NCBI GenBank assembly: GCA_964225545.1 | Contig: CAXQPB010000034.1 | Coordinates: 23,853-87,852, forward strand | Length of the DNA: 64,000 nt | Direction: 5' to 3' | Origin: Nitrosopumilus sp. | GTDB taxonomy: Bacteria > Desulfobacterota > Binatia > UBA1149 > SPBQ01 | Shown here: in pieces, positions 17,821-29,687 of the stretch | Numbering within the stretch: the first letter of the stretch is position 1 | Layout: every line of letters begins with the position of its first letter | Notes under the pieces: generated by a model | Databases searched by the model: none | Told to the model about the DNA's origin: nothing | What the model saw: the letters and a program-made list of their open reading frames with translations, nothing else | Translations under genes and position numbers: made by a program

Positions 17821-18793
17821 GGAGATCGCAAAGGAGCCGGCCGCGCGACTGCTCGAGTCGGTCCCGCCTGAGCAGCGCCGGGAGGTCGGCGCCCTGTTCG
17901 AGCGTTATGCGCGGCACCTCGACGCCGAGCTTGGACTGGCGCCGCGAACTCAGCGCGCGTACCTGAGCGACCTCATCCAGTATCTCGTCTTCGTCTTCGA
18001 GCGCCCTGCGATCGGCTCCGCGTCCGGCCGCGACGTTCTCGACGCCCATCACATCCGGGCGTTTGTCGCGGACCGGCTTGGCCACTGCAGCCGATCCACG
18101 GTCGCCCGCAAGCTGGCATCGCTGCGCTCGTTCAGCGCGTTCGCCACGCGAGAGGGTCCACAGGCGAGCCCGGCCGAGACCGTCAACGCCCCGCGCGTCC
18201 CGCAGCAGCTGCCGGTCCACTTCGCTGCCGACGATATCCGCCGCATTCTCACTGCCGTCGACAACGCCGCGCGAACGGCCGAGGGCAAAGGTCGCGGGCT
18301 GTGGCTGCGCAACCTTGCGATGCTCGAGCTGCTCTACTCGAGCGGGCTGCGCGCCTCAGAGCTCGTCTCGCTGAACTGGGCCGACCTGATCGGCGACGGC
18401 TCCGTCCGTGTCGTCCAAGGCAAAGGCGGCAAACAGCGAATCGTCCCGATTGGAGCCGAGGCGCTCAGTGCGCTGGAGGCCTGTCGCAGCGACTGGACCG
18501 GACCGCGCATTGACGAAGAGGCGATGTTCCTCAACCACCGCGGGCGCAGACTGAGCGTTCGCAGCGTCGGCCGCATACTCGACCGCTCGCTGCGCGAGGC
18601 CGCCGTGCAGCTGAAAGCCGGACCTCACGCGCTTCGACATTCCTTCGCGACCCATCTGCTGGAGAACGGTGCCGATCTGCGGGCCATCCAGGAGATGCTC
18701 GGCCACGCCTCGATCTCGACGACCCAGCGCTACACGCATCTGGATCTGAAGCACCTCGCGTCCGTCTACGACCGCGCCCACCCTCGCTCCTGA
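17813..18793 (+). CDS. xerC: Tyrosine recombinase XerC
   Basis: The C-terminal catalytic motif [37 protein letters not shown] is present. The gene sits immediately upstream of hslVU, which is the conserved xerC context. Confidence 0.85.
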   Translation: MSKEIAKEPAARLLESVPPEQRREVGALFERYARHLDAELGLAPRTQRAYLSDLIQYLVFVFERPAIGSASGRDVLDAHHIRAFVADRLGHCSRSTVARKLASLRSFSAFATREGPQASPAETVNAPRVPQQLPVHFAADDIRRILTAVDNAARTAEGKGRGLWLRNLAMLELLYSSGLRASELVSLNWADLIGDGSVRVVQGKGGKQRIVPIGAEALSALEACRSDWTGPRIDEEAMFLNHRGRRLSVRSVGRILDRSLREAAVQLKAGPHALRHSFATHLLENGADLRAIQEMLGHASISTTQRYTHLDLKHLASVYDRAHPRS

Positions 18794-18903
18794 CGCCGAG
18801 CCGCCTGCCGAGGCTCGAACGGGCCTCGACGCCCCGAAAAGATCGCGCCGCGCCGATTCTCCGACTGGCAATGCACTGTCGAATGATCATTATGACAACC
18901 GTG

Positions 18904-19431
18904 ATGCATGCGACGACCATCGTCGCCGTGCGCGGACAGGGTCGCGTCGCCATGGCAGGCGACGGCCAGGTAAGCGCCGGTGACACAATCATCAAGGGCA
19001 GGGCCCGCAAGGTCCGGCGGCTCTACGGCGGCAAGGTGCTCGGCGGATTCGCCGGCGCCACGGCGGACGCGTTCCGGCTGTTCGAGATGTTCGAAGGAAA
19101 GCTGGAGAAACACGGCGGGAACCTGATGCGCTCGGCTGTCGAGCTTGCCAAGGACTGGCGCGGAGACCGGGTGTTGCGCCGGCTCGAGGCCATGATGATC
19201 GTTGCCGACCTCGAGACCTCCCTGCTGCTCTCCGGGGTCGGAGACGTGATCGAGCCGGACGACGGCATCCTCGCGATCGGCTCGGGCGGCAACTACGCCC
19301 TCGCCGCCGCCCGAACGCTGTCGCGCCACACCGACATGGACCCGGCCACGATCGCGGCCGAAGCGATGCGGATTGCCGGCGAAATCTGCGTCTACACGAA
19401 CGACAGCGTCACACTCGAGGAGCTGAAATGA
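18904..19431 (+). CDS. hslV: ATP-dependent protease subunit HslV
   Basis: TTIVAVRG...GDGQVS...[10 protein letters not shown] is the HslV N-terminal Thr protease. I placed the start at the ATG at 18904, just before TTIV. Confidence 0.9.
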   Translation: MHATTIVAVRGQGRVAMAGDGQVSAGDTIIKGRARKVRRLYGGKVLGGFAGATADAFRLFEMFEGKLEKHGGNLMRSAVELAKDWRGDRVLRRLEAMMIVADLETSLLLSGVGDVIEPDDGILAIGSGGNYALAAARTLSRHTDMDPATIAAEAMRIAGEICVYTNDSVTLEELK

Positions 19432-20813
19432 GCACGCCGGATAAAGGCTATCCGATGACCCCGCGCGAGATCGTGTCGGAGCTCGATCGCTACATCGTCG
19501 GGCAGGCCGACGCCAAACGAGCGGTCGCGATCGCGCTGCGCAATCGCTGGCGCCGCCTGCAGGTCAGCCCTGAGCTGCGCGACGAGATCGCGCCGAAGAA
19601 TATCATCATGATCGGCCCGACGGGCGTCGGGAAAACCGAAATCTCGCGCCGCCTCGCGCGACTCGCGCAGGCGCCTTTCATCAAAGTCGAGGCGTCACGG
19701 TTCACCGAGGTCGGCTACGTCGGCCGAGACGTCGAATCGATCATCCGCGATCTGTCCGAGCTCGCCGTGGACATGGTACGCGAGGAGGAACAGTCCAAGG
19801 TTCGCGTTCAGGCCCGCGAGCGCGCCGAGGAGCGCCTCCTCGATCTGCTCTATCAGTCCCCGACGTCGGCGGCGGATGCGGGTATCGGAGAGGATGGACC
19901 GGCGACGCCGCCGGAGAACGACGACACGCGCGAAAAGCTGCGCAAGCTGCTGCGTGCGGGAAAGCTCGATGAGCGCGCCGTCGAGCTCGAACCGGCACAG
20001 ACAGCACCCGGCGGAATGTCGCTCGAGGTCATCACCCCGCAGAATATCGAGGACGCCGGCTTCAACCTCCGCGACGCCCTCAGCAACGTGTTCGGCGGCC
20101 GCGACCAGCAGACGCGATCGCGCACGGTCACGGTCGCCGAAGCCATGGAGTTGCTCACCGAGCAGGAGGCCCAGGGCCTGGTCGACCAGGCGAAGGTCAC
20201 CGAAGAGGCCGTACGCAGGGTCGAGCAGAACGGGATCGTATTCATCGACGAGATCGACAAGATCTGCGGTCGCGAGGCGGCGCAGGGAGCGGACGTGTCG
20301 CGCGAGGGCGTGCAGCGAGACCTGCTGCCCATCGTCGAAGGCTCCTCGGTAAAGACACGGCACGGAATGATCCGCACGGACCATATCCTGTTCATCGCCT
20401 CGGGCGCCTTCAGCCTGTCGAAACCTTCGGATCTGATCCCCGAGTTCCAGGGGCGCTTCCCGATCCGCGTCGAACTCTCGGCGCTGGAGGTCGGCGACTT
20501 CGTCCGTATCCTCACCGAGCCGCAGAACTCGCTCACGCGTCAATACGAGGCGCTTCTGGCGACCGAACGGATCGCGCTCCAGCTCGAGCCCTCGGCAATC
20601 GAGGAGATCGCCGCGATCGCCGCCCAGGTGAATTCGACCCTGGAGAACGTCGGGGCCCGCCGTCTGCATACCATCATGGAGCGACTGCTCGACGAGATCT
20701 CGTTCCATGCCCCGGAGCGCGCCGGAGAGTCGATCTCGATCGACGCGGCCTACGTTCGCGAAAAGCTCGGGGCGATCTTGGAAGATCAGGACCTGTCGCG
20801 CTATATACTCTGA
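19428..20813 (+). CDS. hslU: ATP-dependent protease ATPase subunit HslU
   Basis: [34 protein letters not shown], a Walker A motif [10 protein letters not shown] and an AAA+ body are present. The gene overlaps the hslV stop. Confidence 0.95.
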   Translation: MSTPDKGYPMTPREIVSELDRYIVGQADAKRAVAIALRNRWRRLQVSPELRDEIAPKNIIMIGPTGVGKTEISRRLARLAQAPFIKVEASRFTEVGYVGRDVESIIRDLSELAVDMVREEEQSKVRVQARERAEERLLDLLYQSPTSAADAGIGEDGPATPPENDDTREKLRKLLRAGKLDERAVELEPAQTAPGGMSLEVITPQNIEDAGFNLRDALSNVFGGRDQQTRSRTVTVAEAMELLTEQEAQGLVDQAKVTEEAVRRVEQNGIVFIDEIDKICGREAAQGADVSREGVQRDLLPIVEGSSVKTRHGMIRTDHILFIASGAFSLSKPSDLIPEFQGRFPIRVELSALEVGDFVRILTEPQNSLTRQYEALLATERIALQLEPSAIEEIAAIAAQVNSTLENVGARRLHTIMERLLDEISFHAPERAGESISIDAAYVREKLGAILEDQDLSRYIL

Positions 20814-20918
20814 CCGCACGTTTACAATTTCGACGGCGGCTGCGAAACCGGTGCCGGGCCACGCCCCTGCGGGGAGCCTGTCGGCGCCGGCTGGAGAGAA
20901 TCGGTTGAGCGCAAGAAT

Positions 20919-21818
20919 ATGGACGAGCTGATCGCCAAAGCCGAGGTGCTGCTCGAGGCGCTTCCTTATATCCGCCGCTTTGCGGGACGCACCGTTGTCA
21001 TCAAATACGGCGGCAGCGCGATGATCGATGAAGAACTCAAGCTCGGGTTCGCCCACGACATCGTCCTGCTCAACTCACTCGGGCTGCATCCGGTTATCGT
21101 CCACGGCGGCGGCCCGCAGATCGGCAAAGCCCTGGCCCGTCTCGGCATCGAGACCCGCTTCATCGACGGCCAGCGTGTCACGGATGACGCGACCATGGAG
21201 GTCGTCGAGATGGTTCTCGGCGGACCCGTCAACAAGGGCATCGTCACCAACATCGAACAGCACGGCGGCACCGCTGTCGGGATCAGCGGCAAAGACGGCA
21301 ACCTGCTTCGTGCGACCAGGCTCGAGGTCGAGGGCGGCGATCTCGGCCGCGTGGGAAAAGTCGACCGCGTCAACCCGCAGGTGATCGAGCGGCTGCGCGA
21401 GAGCGGCTTCATCCCCGTGATCGCACCGATCGGCGTAGACGCCAAGGGAAACGGCTACAACATCAACGCGGACATCGCGGCGTCGAAGATCGCGCAGGCC
21501 CTCGGCGCCGACAAGTTGATGCTGTTGACCGACGTCGAGGGCATCCTCGACACCTCCGGCACATTGCGAACGAGCGTGACTGTGCGGCAGGCGCGAACCG
21601 AGATCAGCAAGGGCGTCGTCAAGGGCGGCATGGTTCCGAAAGTCGAGTGCGCCATCGACGCGCTGGCCGGCGGCGTCGGGCAGGTCCACATCATCGATGG
21701 ACGCGTCAGTCACGCCGTGCTGCTCGAGATCTTCACGCGCACCGGCGTCGGCACGGAGGTCATTCACAAGACCCGGCCCGAACCGGACGCGCCCGAAGCC
21801 GGAGAGTCCGATGTCTGA
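20919..21818 (+). CDS. argB: Acetylglutamate kinase
   Basis: The amino-acid kinase fold with VVIKYGGSAM and the ArgB pattern is present. Confidence 0.9.
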   Translation: MDELIAKAEVLLEALPYIRRFAGRTVVIKYGGSAMIDEELKLGFAHDIVLLNSLGLHPVIVHGGGPQIGKALARLGIETRFIDGQRVTDDATMEVVEMVLGGPVNKGIVTNIEQHGGTAVGISGKDGNLLRATRLEVEGGDLGRVGKVDRVNPQVIERLRESGFIPVIAPIGVDAKGNGYNINADIAASKIAQALGADKLMLLTDVEGILDTSGTLRTSVTVRQARTEISKGVVKGGMVPKVECAIDALAGGVGQVHIIDGRVSHAVLLEIFTRTGVGTEVIHKTRPEPDAPEAGESDV

Positions 21819-23025
21819 GGCGACCTCAGACAAAGAAAAGTCCCCGATCGTCTCGGCGACCGAGCGGTACACGGTCGGTAACTACGCGCGTATCCCCATG
21901 GCCTTCGTGAGCGGCTGCGGGAGGCGGCTGTACGACGACGCAGGGCGGGCCTATCTCGATATGTTCAGCGGCCTCGCGGTCAGCAGTCTCGGGCACGGCC
22001 ACGCCGGTCTGGCCAATGCGATCGCCGCGCAGGCGGGCAAGCTGATCCATACATCGAACGTATTCTCGAACGAGCCGTCGGCGCGCCTGGCACGCGAGAT
22101 GGTCGAGCGAACCTTCGCCGACCGCGTGTTCTTCTGCAACAGCGGAACGGAGGCCAACGAAGCCGCGATCAAGATGGCGCGCAGGCACGGAGGGGAACGC
22201 TACGAGATCGTCACCGTCTCGGGCTCTTTCCACGGCCGCACCCTCGGGTCGCTGGCGGCGACCGGACAACCGAGCCTGCGAGAGGGCTTCGGTCCGATGC
22301 CGGAAGGGTTCATTCACGTCGAGCGCTGCAATGTCGAAGCGATCGAGGCTGCGGTCGGACCGAAGACGGCCGCCGTGCTCGTCGAGCCGGTGATCGGCGA
22401 GGGCGGCATCATCGTTCCTCCCGAAGGCTACCTCGAGAAATTGCGCGAGATCTGCGACCGCGGCGGCTCGCTGCTGATCTTCGACGAAGTCCAGTGCGGC
22501 TGGGGACGCAGCGGACAGCTCTATGCGTACATGGAGTTCGGCGTGACGCCGGACGTGCTCTGTTCGGCGAAGGGGCTGGCGGGCGGAATGCCGATCGGTG
22601 CCGTGCTCGCCACCGACAGCGCCGCGGCCGAGCTGGTGCCGGGCACACACGGCACGACGTTCGGCGCCAACCCGGTCGCCTGTGCGGCAGCGCTCGCGGT
22701 GCTGGAGGCGTTCGATACAGAAGGAGTGCTCGAGAACTGTCGGCGCGCGGGCCAACACCTGGCGGCCGGCCTCGCCGCGCTCGCGCAACGTCGTGAGGAC
22801 ATCGTCGAAGCGCGAGGGGTCGGGCTGATGAGGGGGATGGAGCTCACGCGACCCGGACGGCCCGTGGTCGACGCGGCCCTGTCGATGGGGCTGGTCATGA
22901 ATGCGACCGCAGGGAACGTTCTGCGATTCCTGCCGCCGCTGACCATCACGACAGAAGAGATCGACGAGGGTCTGGCGATCCTCGAGCGTGCCCTGGAACA
23001 GACAGCGACGGAGGAAGGCGGCTGA
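21811..23025 (+). CDS. argD: Acetylornithine aminotransferase
   Basis: This is a class III aminotransferase. I placed the start at the ATG at 21811, which overlaps the argB stop by 8 nt. Confidence 0.9.
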   Translation: MSEATSDKEKSPIVSATERYTVGNYARIPMAFVSGCGRRLYDDAGRAYLDMFSGLAVSSLGHGHAGLANAIAAQAGKLIHTSNVFSNEPSARLAREMVERTFADRVFFCNSGTEANEAAIKMARRHGGERYEIVTVSGSFHGRTLGSLAATGQPSLREGFGPMPEGFIHVERCNVEAIEAAVGPKTAAVLVEPVIGEGGIIVPPEGYLEKLREICDRGGSLLIFDEVQCGWGRSGQLYAYMEFGVTPDVLCSAKGLAGGMPIGAVLATDSAAAELVPGTHGTTFGANPVACAAALAVLEAFDTEGVLENCRRAGQHLAAGLAALAQRREDIVEARGVGLMRGMELTRPGRPVVDAALSMGLVMNATAGNVLRFLPPLTITTEEIDEGLAILERALEQTATEEGG

Positions 23026-23052
23026 AGCGGCCGAGCCGGAGACAGGCAAACA

Positions 23053-23994
23053 ATGGACGTCGATACGAAGCGCGATCTGATTACGATCTGGGATCTCACC
23101 ACCGAGGAGATCCACCACCTTCTGGGGCTGGCAGGCCGGCTGAAGGCGGATATGAAGGCAGGCAGGCCGCATCGCTGGCTGGCGGGCAAGACGATGGCCA
23201 TGATCTTCGAGAAGCCCAGCCTGCGCACGCGGGTGACCTTCGAGACAGGGATGAATCAGCTCGGCGGCCAGGCCATCTATCTCGGTCCGTCGGACATCCT
23301 GCTCGGACGCCGCGAATCCGTCGCCGATATCGGCAAGAACCTCTCGCTGTGGGTCGACATGATTCTGGCGCGCACCTTCCTTCACGACTCGGTGGTCAAG
23401 CTGGCCGGCAGCGCCCAGGTGCCCGTGATCAACGGCCTGAGCGATCTGTACCACCCCTGCCAGGTTCTGGCCGATTGCTTCACGCTGACCGAGCTGCGCG
23501 ATGACCTGCAACCGCTGTCGATCTGCTTTGTCGGCGACGGCAACAACATGGTTCACTCCTGGCTGATCGCGGCGGCGAAGCTCGGGTTCCGGTTTACGCT
23601 GGTCTGCCCGGAAGGCTACGAGCCGGATCCGAAGATACTCGCGCAGGCCCAGGAGGCTGCATACTCCGAACTACGCGTAACCAACGACCTGATGGAGGGA
23701 ACCCGCGACGCCGACGTTCTGTACACGGACGTGTGGACGAGCATGGGCCAGGAGCAGGAAGCCGAGGAGCGCAGGAAGATCTTCGCGCCCTACCAGGTCA
23801 ACCAGAGCGTCGTCGAGAACGCCGCTGACGACGTTATCGTGATGCACTGCCTCCCTGCTCACCGCGGCGAGGAGATCACGGCCGAGGTCATCGACGGACC
23901 GCACTCACACATCCTGCCGCAGGCAGAGAACCGACTGCATATCCAGAAGGCGCTCATCGCGTGGCTGCTCAAGGCCCCGCACGCGCTCATCTAG
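23053..23994 (+). CDS. argF: Ornithine carbamoyltransferase
   Basis: The carbamoyl-phosphate motif SLRTRVTFE and the ornithine motif [10 protein letters not shown] are present. Confidence 0.9.
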   Translation: MDVDTKRDLITIWDLTTEEIHHLLGLAGRLKADMKAGRPHRWLAGKTMAMIFEKPSLRTRVTFETGMNQLGGQAIYLGPSDILLGRRESVADIGKNLSLWVDMILARTFLHDSVVKLAGSAQVPVINGLSDLYHPCQVLADCFTLTELRDDLQPLSICFVGDGNNMVHSWLIAAAKLGFRFTLVCPEGYEPDPKILAQAQEAAYSELRVTNDLMEGTRDADVLYTDVWTSMGQEQEAEERRKIFAPYQVNQSVVENAADDVIVMHCLPAHRGEEITAEVIDGPHSHILPQAENRLHIQKALIAWLLKAPHALI

Positions 23995-24022
23995 GACGCA
24001 CGGGCAACGGGAACAGCTGAAG

Positions 24023-25240
24023 ATGAACAAGATCGTCCTCGCCTACAGCGGCGGCCTCGATACCTCGGTGATCCTCAAATGGCTCGTCGAGCAGTACGAT
24101 TGTGAAGTCGTCGCATATGCGGCCGACGTCGGCCAGGGGGATCTCGAGCTCGACGGCCTTGAAAAGCGCGCGATCGCGACCGGAGCGTGCGACGTGCATA
24201 TCCGGGATCTGCGCGAAGAGTTCGTCAGAGATTTCGTGTTTCCGATGCTTCGCGCAAGCGCGATCTACGAGGGAACCTACCTGCTCGGTACGTCGATCGC
24301 GCGTCCGGTGATCGCCAAGGCCCAGGTGGAGGTCGCTCGCGAGACGGGCGCGGACGGCGTCGCGCACGGCGCCACCGGCAAGGGCAACGATCAGGTGCGC
24401 TTCGAGCTCGCGTTCGCGGCGCTCGCCCCCGACCTCGAGATCGTCGCTCCGTGGCGAACCTGGGATCTGACCTCCCGGACCCGGCTCTACGCGTTCGCCG
24501 AAAAGCACGGCATCCAGGTACCGGGGACTGCCAAGCGCGGGTACAGCATGGACGCGAACGTCCTGCACACCAGCTACGAGGGCTATGACCTCGAAGACCC
24601 GTGGACCGAGCCGTCCGATGACATGTACCTGCGGTCGGTGGCGCCGGAGCAGGCACCCGACACGCCCGAGTACGTCGAGATCGACTACGAGAACGGCGAC
24701 CCGGTCGCCGGCGCCGGCGACCGACTTTGCGCGTTCGAGCTGCTGTCGAAGCTCAACGAGATCGCCGGACGCAACGGCATCGGGCGCGACGATATCGTCG
24801 AGAACCGCTTCGTCGGCATGAAGTCACGCGGCGTTTACGAGACCCCGGGCGGGACCGTCCTCACGATCGCCCACCGGGCGCTCGAGACGCTGTGTCTCGA
24901 TCGCGAGGTCATGCACCTGCGCGACGGGCTGATTCCGCGCTACGCGGAGATGGTCTACTACGGCTACTGGTTCGCGCCGGAGCGCGAGATGCTTCAGGCC
25001 GCGATCGACGAATCGCAGCGCACCGTCTGCGGCACCGTGCGCATGAAGCTCTACAAGGGGCGCGCATCGGTTGCCGGCCGCAAGTCCGAGCTGTCGCTGT
25101 ACGACCCGGAGCTGGCGACCTTCGAAGATGACTCGGTATACGCGCAAGGCGACGCGACCGGATTCATTCGCCTGAACTCGTTGAGACTGAAAGTACGGAC
25201 GCTGCTTTCGCAGCGGACGTCAGCAAAGAAGGGAGCCTGA
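24023..25240 (+). CDS. argG: Argininosuccinate synthase
   Basis: The N-type ATP pyrophosphatase motif AYSGGLDTS is present. Confidence 0.95.
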   Translation: MNKIVLAYSGGLDTSVILKWLVEQYDCEVVAYAADVGQGDLELDGLEKRAIATGACDVHIRDLREEFVRDFVFPMLRASAIYEGTYLLGTSIARPVIAKAQVEVARETGADGVAHGATGKGNDQVRFELAFAALAPDLEIVAPWRTWDLTSRTRLYAFAEKHGIQVPGTAKRGYSMDANVLHTSYEGYDLEDPWTEPSDDMYLRSVAPEQAPDTPEYVEIDYENGDPVAGAGDRLCAFELLSKLNEIAGRNGIGRDDIVENRFVGMKSRGVYETPGGTVLTIAHRALETLCLDREVMHLRDGLIPRYAEMVYYGYWFAPEREMLQAAIDESQRTVCGTVRMKLYKGRASVAGRKSELSLYDPELATFEDDSVYAQGDATGFIRLNSLRLKVRTLLSQRTSAKKGA

Positions 25241-25249
25241 GCACAAACC

Positions 25250-26725
25250 GTGGCGACCCGAAAAAAGTCAGCCGACACCGGGGCGGGAAACGGCACTCGA
25301 AACGACGCCGAGTCGACCAATCGCAGCTGGGGCGGCCGCTTCCAGGAAGCGACCGCCTCCGACGCGCTGGGCTTCACCGCCTCGATCGGCTTCGACATCC
25401 GCCTGTATCCGTACGACATCCGTACGAGCATCGCGCATGCGAGGATGCTCGCGTCGACAGGAATCATCAGCGCGAAGGACCGCGACCAGATCGTGCGCGG
25501 GCTGCGTGATGTCGAGAAAGAACTCGACGAGGGGGCGTTCGTCCCGACGATCAGCGACGAAGACATCCATATGGCGATCGAGCGGCGCCTGACCGAGAAG
25601 ATCGGCGCAGTCGGCGCACGCCTGCATGCCGCACGCAGCCGCAACGATCAGGTCGTCACCGACGTGCGGCTTTTCCTCAAGGACGCGATCGCGGCGACGC
25701 TGTCGGCGATCGACGATCTGCAATCCGCGCTGGTCTCGCAGGCACAGGCTTATGTCGGAGCGATCATGCCGGGCTACACGCATCTTCAGCGCGCCCAGCC
25801 GATTCTGCTCGGACACCATCTCCTCGCCTACCACGACATGCTCGAGCGCGACCGCGGCCGCTTCGAAGATTGCCTCGATCGTGCGGACGTTCTGCCGCTC
25901 GGTTCGGGTGCGCTGGCCGGGACAACGCTCGAAATCGACCGTGCGATCGTGGCAGAGGAGCTGGGCTTCGCGCGCGTGGCACAGAACAGCATGGACGCGA
26001 TCTCGGACCGCGATTTTGTTGCGGAGTATCTGTCCGCCGCTGCGATCCTGATGGCGCACGGCAGCCGGCTTGCCGGCGATATCACCCTGTGGGCGACCAG
26101 CGAGTTCGGATTCGTGCGACTTCACGACGCGTATTCGACCGGCAGCTCGATGATGCCGCAGAAGAAAAACCCCGACATCGCCGAACTGGCTCGCGGCAAG
26201 ACCGGACGCGCGTTCGGAAACCTGATGGGTGTGCTCACCGTGATGAAGGGGCTGCCGCTGGCCTACAACAGCGACCTGCAGGAAGACAAAGAAGCGCTCT
26301 TCGACGGCGTCGACACGGCGGTCCGCACGACGACGACGCTCGCGGCACTGCTGCGTTCGCTGACCTTCGATGAGAAGGCGATGCGGGCGGCGGCCGACGA
26401 CGGCTTCCTGCTCGCGACGGACCTGGCGGAATACCTTGTCGCCCGAGGTGTGCCGTTCCGCGAAGCGCATGAGATCACCGGTGGCATCGTCCTGCACTGC
26501 ACCGAGCACGGCATCACGCCGGCGGACCTGAGCGCGACGGATCTGGCCCGTTTCTGTGACCGCTTCGAAGAAGATGTCGCAGAGATTCTCACTCCCGAAG
26601 CAGCGGTGGACCGGCGCACCTCGCCGGGCGGGACCTCGGGACGAAACCTCAAAGCGCGACTGAAACAGCTCTCGACATCGCCGGGACCCCGACCGTCCGG
26701 GGGCGCGAAGAGGCGCAAACGGTGA
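25250..26725 (+). CDS. argH: Argininosuccinate lyase
   Basis: WGGRF and the fumarate lyase signature GSSMMPQKKNPD are present. Confidence 0.9.
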   Translation: MATRKKSADTGAGNGTRNDAESTNRSWGGRFQEATASDALGFTASIGFDIRLYPYDIRTSIAHARMLASTGIISAKDRDQIVRGLRDVEKELDEGAFVPTISDEDIHMAIERRLTEKIGAVGARLHAARSRNDQVVTDVRLFLKDAIAATLSAIDDLQSALVSQAQAYVGAIMPGYTHLQRAQPILLGHHLLAYHDMLERDRGRFEDCLDRADVLPLGSGALAGTTLEIDRAIVAEELGFARVAQNSMDAISDRDFVAEYLSAAAILMAHGSRLAGDITLWATSEFGFVRLHDAYSTGSSMMPQKKNPDIAELARGKTGRAFGNLMGVLTVMKGLPLAYNSDLQEDKEALFDGVDTAVRTTTTLAALLRSLTFDEKAMRAAADDGFLLATDLAEYLVARGVPFREAHEITGGIVLHCTEHGITPADLSATDLARFCDRFEEDVAEILTPEAAVDRRTSPGGTSGRNLKARLKQLSTSPGPRPSGGAKRRKR

Positions 26726-27243
26726 GGACGCCGGCCGACCCGCCCGCGGACAGCAGCCGGAGCGGACGTCTCCGCCATCGCCTCCGCCATCTGCTCCGTC
26801 ATCTTCTTTATCTCGTGATCGTCGTGGCGTCGGCGACGCTGACAGCCGCCTGCGGCGTCAAAGGCGCACCACGTCCGGTCGAGGACACGGCAGCCCTCGC
26901 CCCGTCCTACCTCAAAGCGCAACGGACGGGCACCGGCGTCGAGCTGCAGTGGTCGCGGCCGAAGGAGTCGGTCGACGGCACGGAGCTGTTCGACCTCATC
27001 GGTTTCGATATCGAACGACGCCGGACGGGTACCGGACGCTTCGAGGCGATTCATCGCTTCGCGACCGGCGACACCGACCGGTTGCGACCCAGGCAGTCGT
27101 TCCGTTACGACGACGTCAGCGCCGCGGATCTGGCATGGGAATACCGCGTCCGCGCAGTGCTCAGTGACGGCCAGCGCGGGCTCCCCTCACCGATCGCTTC
27201 GGTCGCGAGAGTGCCCGCGGCGGCCAAGGACGAGGCACGCTGA
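26722..27243 (+). CDS. Lipoprotein with fibronectin-III-like beta domain (hypothetical)
   Basis: The signal peptide ends in LTAAC (lipobox). The gene overlaps the argH stop by 4 nt and occupies the position upstream of lysA that lptM/yifL takes in other proteobacteria. Confidence 0.5.
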   Translation: MRTPADPPADSSRSGRLRHRLRHLLRHLLYLVIVVASATLTAACGVKGAPRPVEDTAALAPSYLKAQRTGTGVELQWSRPKESVDGTELFDLIGFDIERRRTGTGRFEAIHRFATGDTDRLRPRQSFRYDDVSAADLAWEYRVRAVLSDGQRGLPSPIASVARVPAAAKDEAR

Positions 27244-28247
27244 TGCAGGAAAAAGCGGCCGTTTTTCCAGGTCAGGGGTGCCAGCGCCCGGGTATGGGAC
27301 GCGATGTCCATCAACTCGAGCCCACCGCGAAAGCGGCTTTCGATGAAGCCTCCGACGCTCTGTCGATCGATGTGGCCGCCCTGTGCTTCGGCCCGGCCGG
27401 CGGCGATGAAGCCGCTGCTTGCGGCGACGCGGAGCGGCTCGCGCTGACCGAGTTCGCCCAGCCCGCGATCCTGACCGCGGAGATCGCGCTCTTGCGTTTT
27501 CTCCAGTCGCGTGGGTTCGAGTTCGGACCCGTCGGCGGCCACAGCCTCGGCGAATACACAGCCCTTGTCGCCGCCGGCGTGATCCCGCTGGCAGAGGCGG
27601 CATCCCTGGTCCGTGCACGCGGACGCCTGATGCAGGAAGCGGTTCCGGTCGGAGAGGGCGGAATGACCGCGCTTGTCGGTCGCAACCTCGACGCCGCGGC
27701 AGTCGGGCGATGCGCGCAGGATGCGGATGTGGACATCGCGAACCACAACAGCCCCGACCAGATCGTGCTGAGCGGCCAGCTCGAAGAGCTTGCAGCCGCG
27801 TGCGAGGCCGTCCGCGCGCTGCCGGGACACGAGCGTGTTCGTGCGATGCCGCTTCGGGTCTCCGCGCCTTTCCATTCCCGCCACATGAGGCAGGTCGCGG
27901 ATTCATTGCGGCCGCTGCTCGAGGTTTCCGCGAAGACGTGGGACATGGGCGGCGCCCCGCGTGTACTGTCGAACGCCGATGGCGGCTTCCACGACGGTAG
28001 CGCCGAATCGCTGGTCGATGCGCTGTGCCGCCAGGTCGCAGCCCCGGTCCGGTGGCTCGACAACATGCGGGCCCTGTCGGAAGCCGCGAGCGATATCGTG
28101 GAGATCGGACCGAGCGCGCCGCTCGGAGCCTTCTTCAAGCGTGAGGGGATTCTCACCTCAGCGGTGACCACCGCCGAGACTGCCGCAGAGGCCGCCGAGG
28201 CTGCAAAGGCTGCGAAGGATTCGTCGACGCTCGCGAGCCCGGCCTGA
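27243..28247 (+). CDS. ACP S-malonyltransferase family protein (FabD-like)
   Basis: FPGQGCQ and the active-site GHSLGEYTAL are present. Its context within amino-acid biosynthesis is unusual. Confidence 0.8.
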   Translation: MQEKAAVFPGQGCQRPGMGRDVHQLEPTAKAAFDEASDALSIDVAALCFGPAGGDEAAACGDAERLALTEFAQPAILTAEIALLRFLQSRGFEFGPVGGHSLGEYTALVAAGVIPLAEAASLVRARGRLMQEAVPVGEGGMTALVGRNLDAAAVGRCAQDADVDIANHNSPDQIVLSGQLEELAAACEAVRALPGHERVRAMPLRVSAPFHSRHMRQVADSLRPLLEVSAKTWDMGGAPRVLSNADGGFHDGSAESLVDALCRQVAAPVRWLDNMRALSEAASDIVEIGPSAPLGAFFKREGILTSAVTTAETAAEAAEAAKAAKDSSTLASPA

Positions 28248-28387
28248 GCCGATCCGACCGATCCCGAAACCTCCCTGCTCTGCGCCACGCGCACGCGGCT
28301 AGCTCGCATTGCCGCGTCGACGGAAGTATGTTTCCGCGCTTGTCACGAGGCTCGAAGCTGCCTCCCACGATCGGGAAGACAAAGAAC

Positions 28388-29647
28388 ATGACACGTTTCG
28401 AACATCGTAACGGAGAACTCCACGCAGAGGACGTACCGGTCTCTCGCATCGCCGAAGAGGTCGGGACGCCATGCTACGTATACAGCCTCGCGGCGCTGCG
28501 CGACCACTATCGCGCCTACAAAAAGGGATTCGCGGGAACGCGCCACCTGATCTGTTACTCGGTCAAGGCAAACTCGAACCTCGCCGTCCTGCGCGCGCTC
28601 GCCAACGAGGGGAGCGGCTTCGATGTCGTCTCGGGCGGCGAGCTCGCGCGTGTCATCCGCGCCGGCGGCGACCCGGGACAGACCGTGTTCTCCGGCGTGG
28701 GGAAGAGACCGGACGAGATTCGCGCCGCGATCGAGGCGGGGATCCTGATGTTCAACGTCGAGTCTCCGGCTGAACTTGATCGAATCAACGCGGTCGCGCT
28801 CGAGCTCGGCAAGCGCGCACCGGTCGCATTGCGGATCAATCCCGATGTGGATCCGAAAACGCATCCGTATATTTCCACAGGCCTGAAGACGGCCAAGTTC
28901 GGCATCCCCATCGAGCGCGCGCTCGAGGACTACCTGCGCGCACGAGGGATGGAGGGGATCGAGATTGTCGGCGCCGACTGTCATATCGGATCGCAGCTGA
29001 CATCTTCCGATCCGTTCGTCGAGGCGGTCGGGCGGATGACCCGCCTGATCGACCGGCTCGACGAGGCCGGAATTCCGATTCGTTTCCTCGATATGGGTGG
29101 AGGCCTCGGCATCGTCTACGACGACGAGAAGCCGCCGAGTCATACCGAGTACGCCCGCGCGCTCGCAGGCGCCCTCGAAGGCCGTGAGAACCTGACGCTG
29201 CTGATCGAGCCGGGACGTTCGATCGCCGGCAACGCCGGGATCCTTCTGACTGAGGTGCTCTACCACAAAGGCAACGACGAGAAGAACTTCGTCGTGGTCG
29301 ATGCAGCGATGAACGACCTCGCCAGGCCCTCGCTGTACGGCTCGTTCCACGGCGTTGTCCCGGTCCGGCAAGGCTGCGATGAGATACAGGCCGATGTCGT
29401 CGGGCCGATCTGCGAGACCGGTGACTTCATCGCACGAGATCGTCCCGTGCCCGCGGCGGCGTCCGGCGATCTGATCGCGGTACTCAGCGCGGGCGCGTAC
29501 GGCTTTACGATGGCCTCGAACTACAATACGCGGCCGCGCGGCGCCGAGGTTCTCGTTGACGGCGTCCGCTACGACGTGGTGCGGCGGCGGGAGACCGTGG
29601 ATCAGCTGCTCGAGCTCGAGTCGGTGCCCGCAGGGCTCGAGCGCTGA
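28388..29647 (+). CDS. lysA: Diaminopimelate decarboxylase
   Basis: This is a fold-type III PLP decarboxylase with the LysA pattern. I placed the start at the ATG at 28388. Confidence 0.9.
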   Translation: MTRFEHRNGELHAEDVPVSRIAEEVGTPCYVYSLAALRDHYRAYKKGFAGTRHLICYSVKANSNLAVLRALANEGSGFDVVSGGELARVIRAGGDPGQTVFSGVGKRPDEIRAAIEAGILMFNVESPAELDRINAVALELGKRAPVALRINPDVDPKTHPYISTGLKTAKFGIPIERALEDYLRARGMEGIEIVGADCHIGSQLTSSDPFVEAVGRMTRLIDRLDEAGIPIRFLDMGGGLGIVYDDEKPPSHTEYARALAGALEGRENLTLLIEPGRSIAGNAGILLTEVLYHKGNDEKNFVVVDAAMNDLARPSLYGSFHGVVPVRQGCDEIQADVVGPICETGDFIARDRPVPAAASGDLIAVLSAGAYGFTMASNYNTRPRGAEVLVDGVRYDVVRRRETVDQLLELESVPAGLER

Positions 29648-29687
29648 GAATCGACGCGAGGAATGACGGGTTCGGAACGGGAATGAG

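Noticed and set aside
17813-18793. Tyrosine recombinase as a marker of an integrated mobile element
   Set aside because: It sits immediately upstream of hslV-hslU, which is the conserved chromosomal xerC context. There are no flanking repeats, phage genes or GC shift, so it is housekeeping XerC and not an integrase.
21826-23556. 576-aa minus-strand ORF spanning argD and argF
   Set aside because: It is antisense to two genes with strong family signatures and has no recognisable domains. It is a high-GC shadow ORF.
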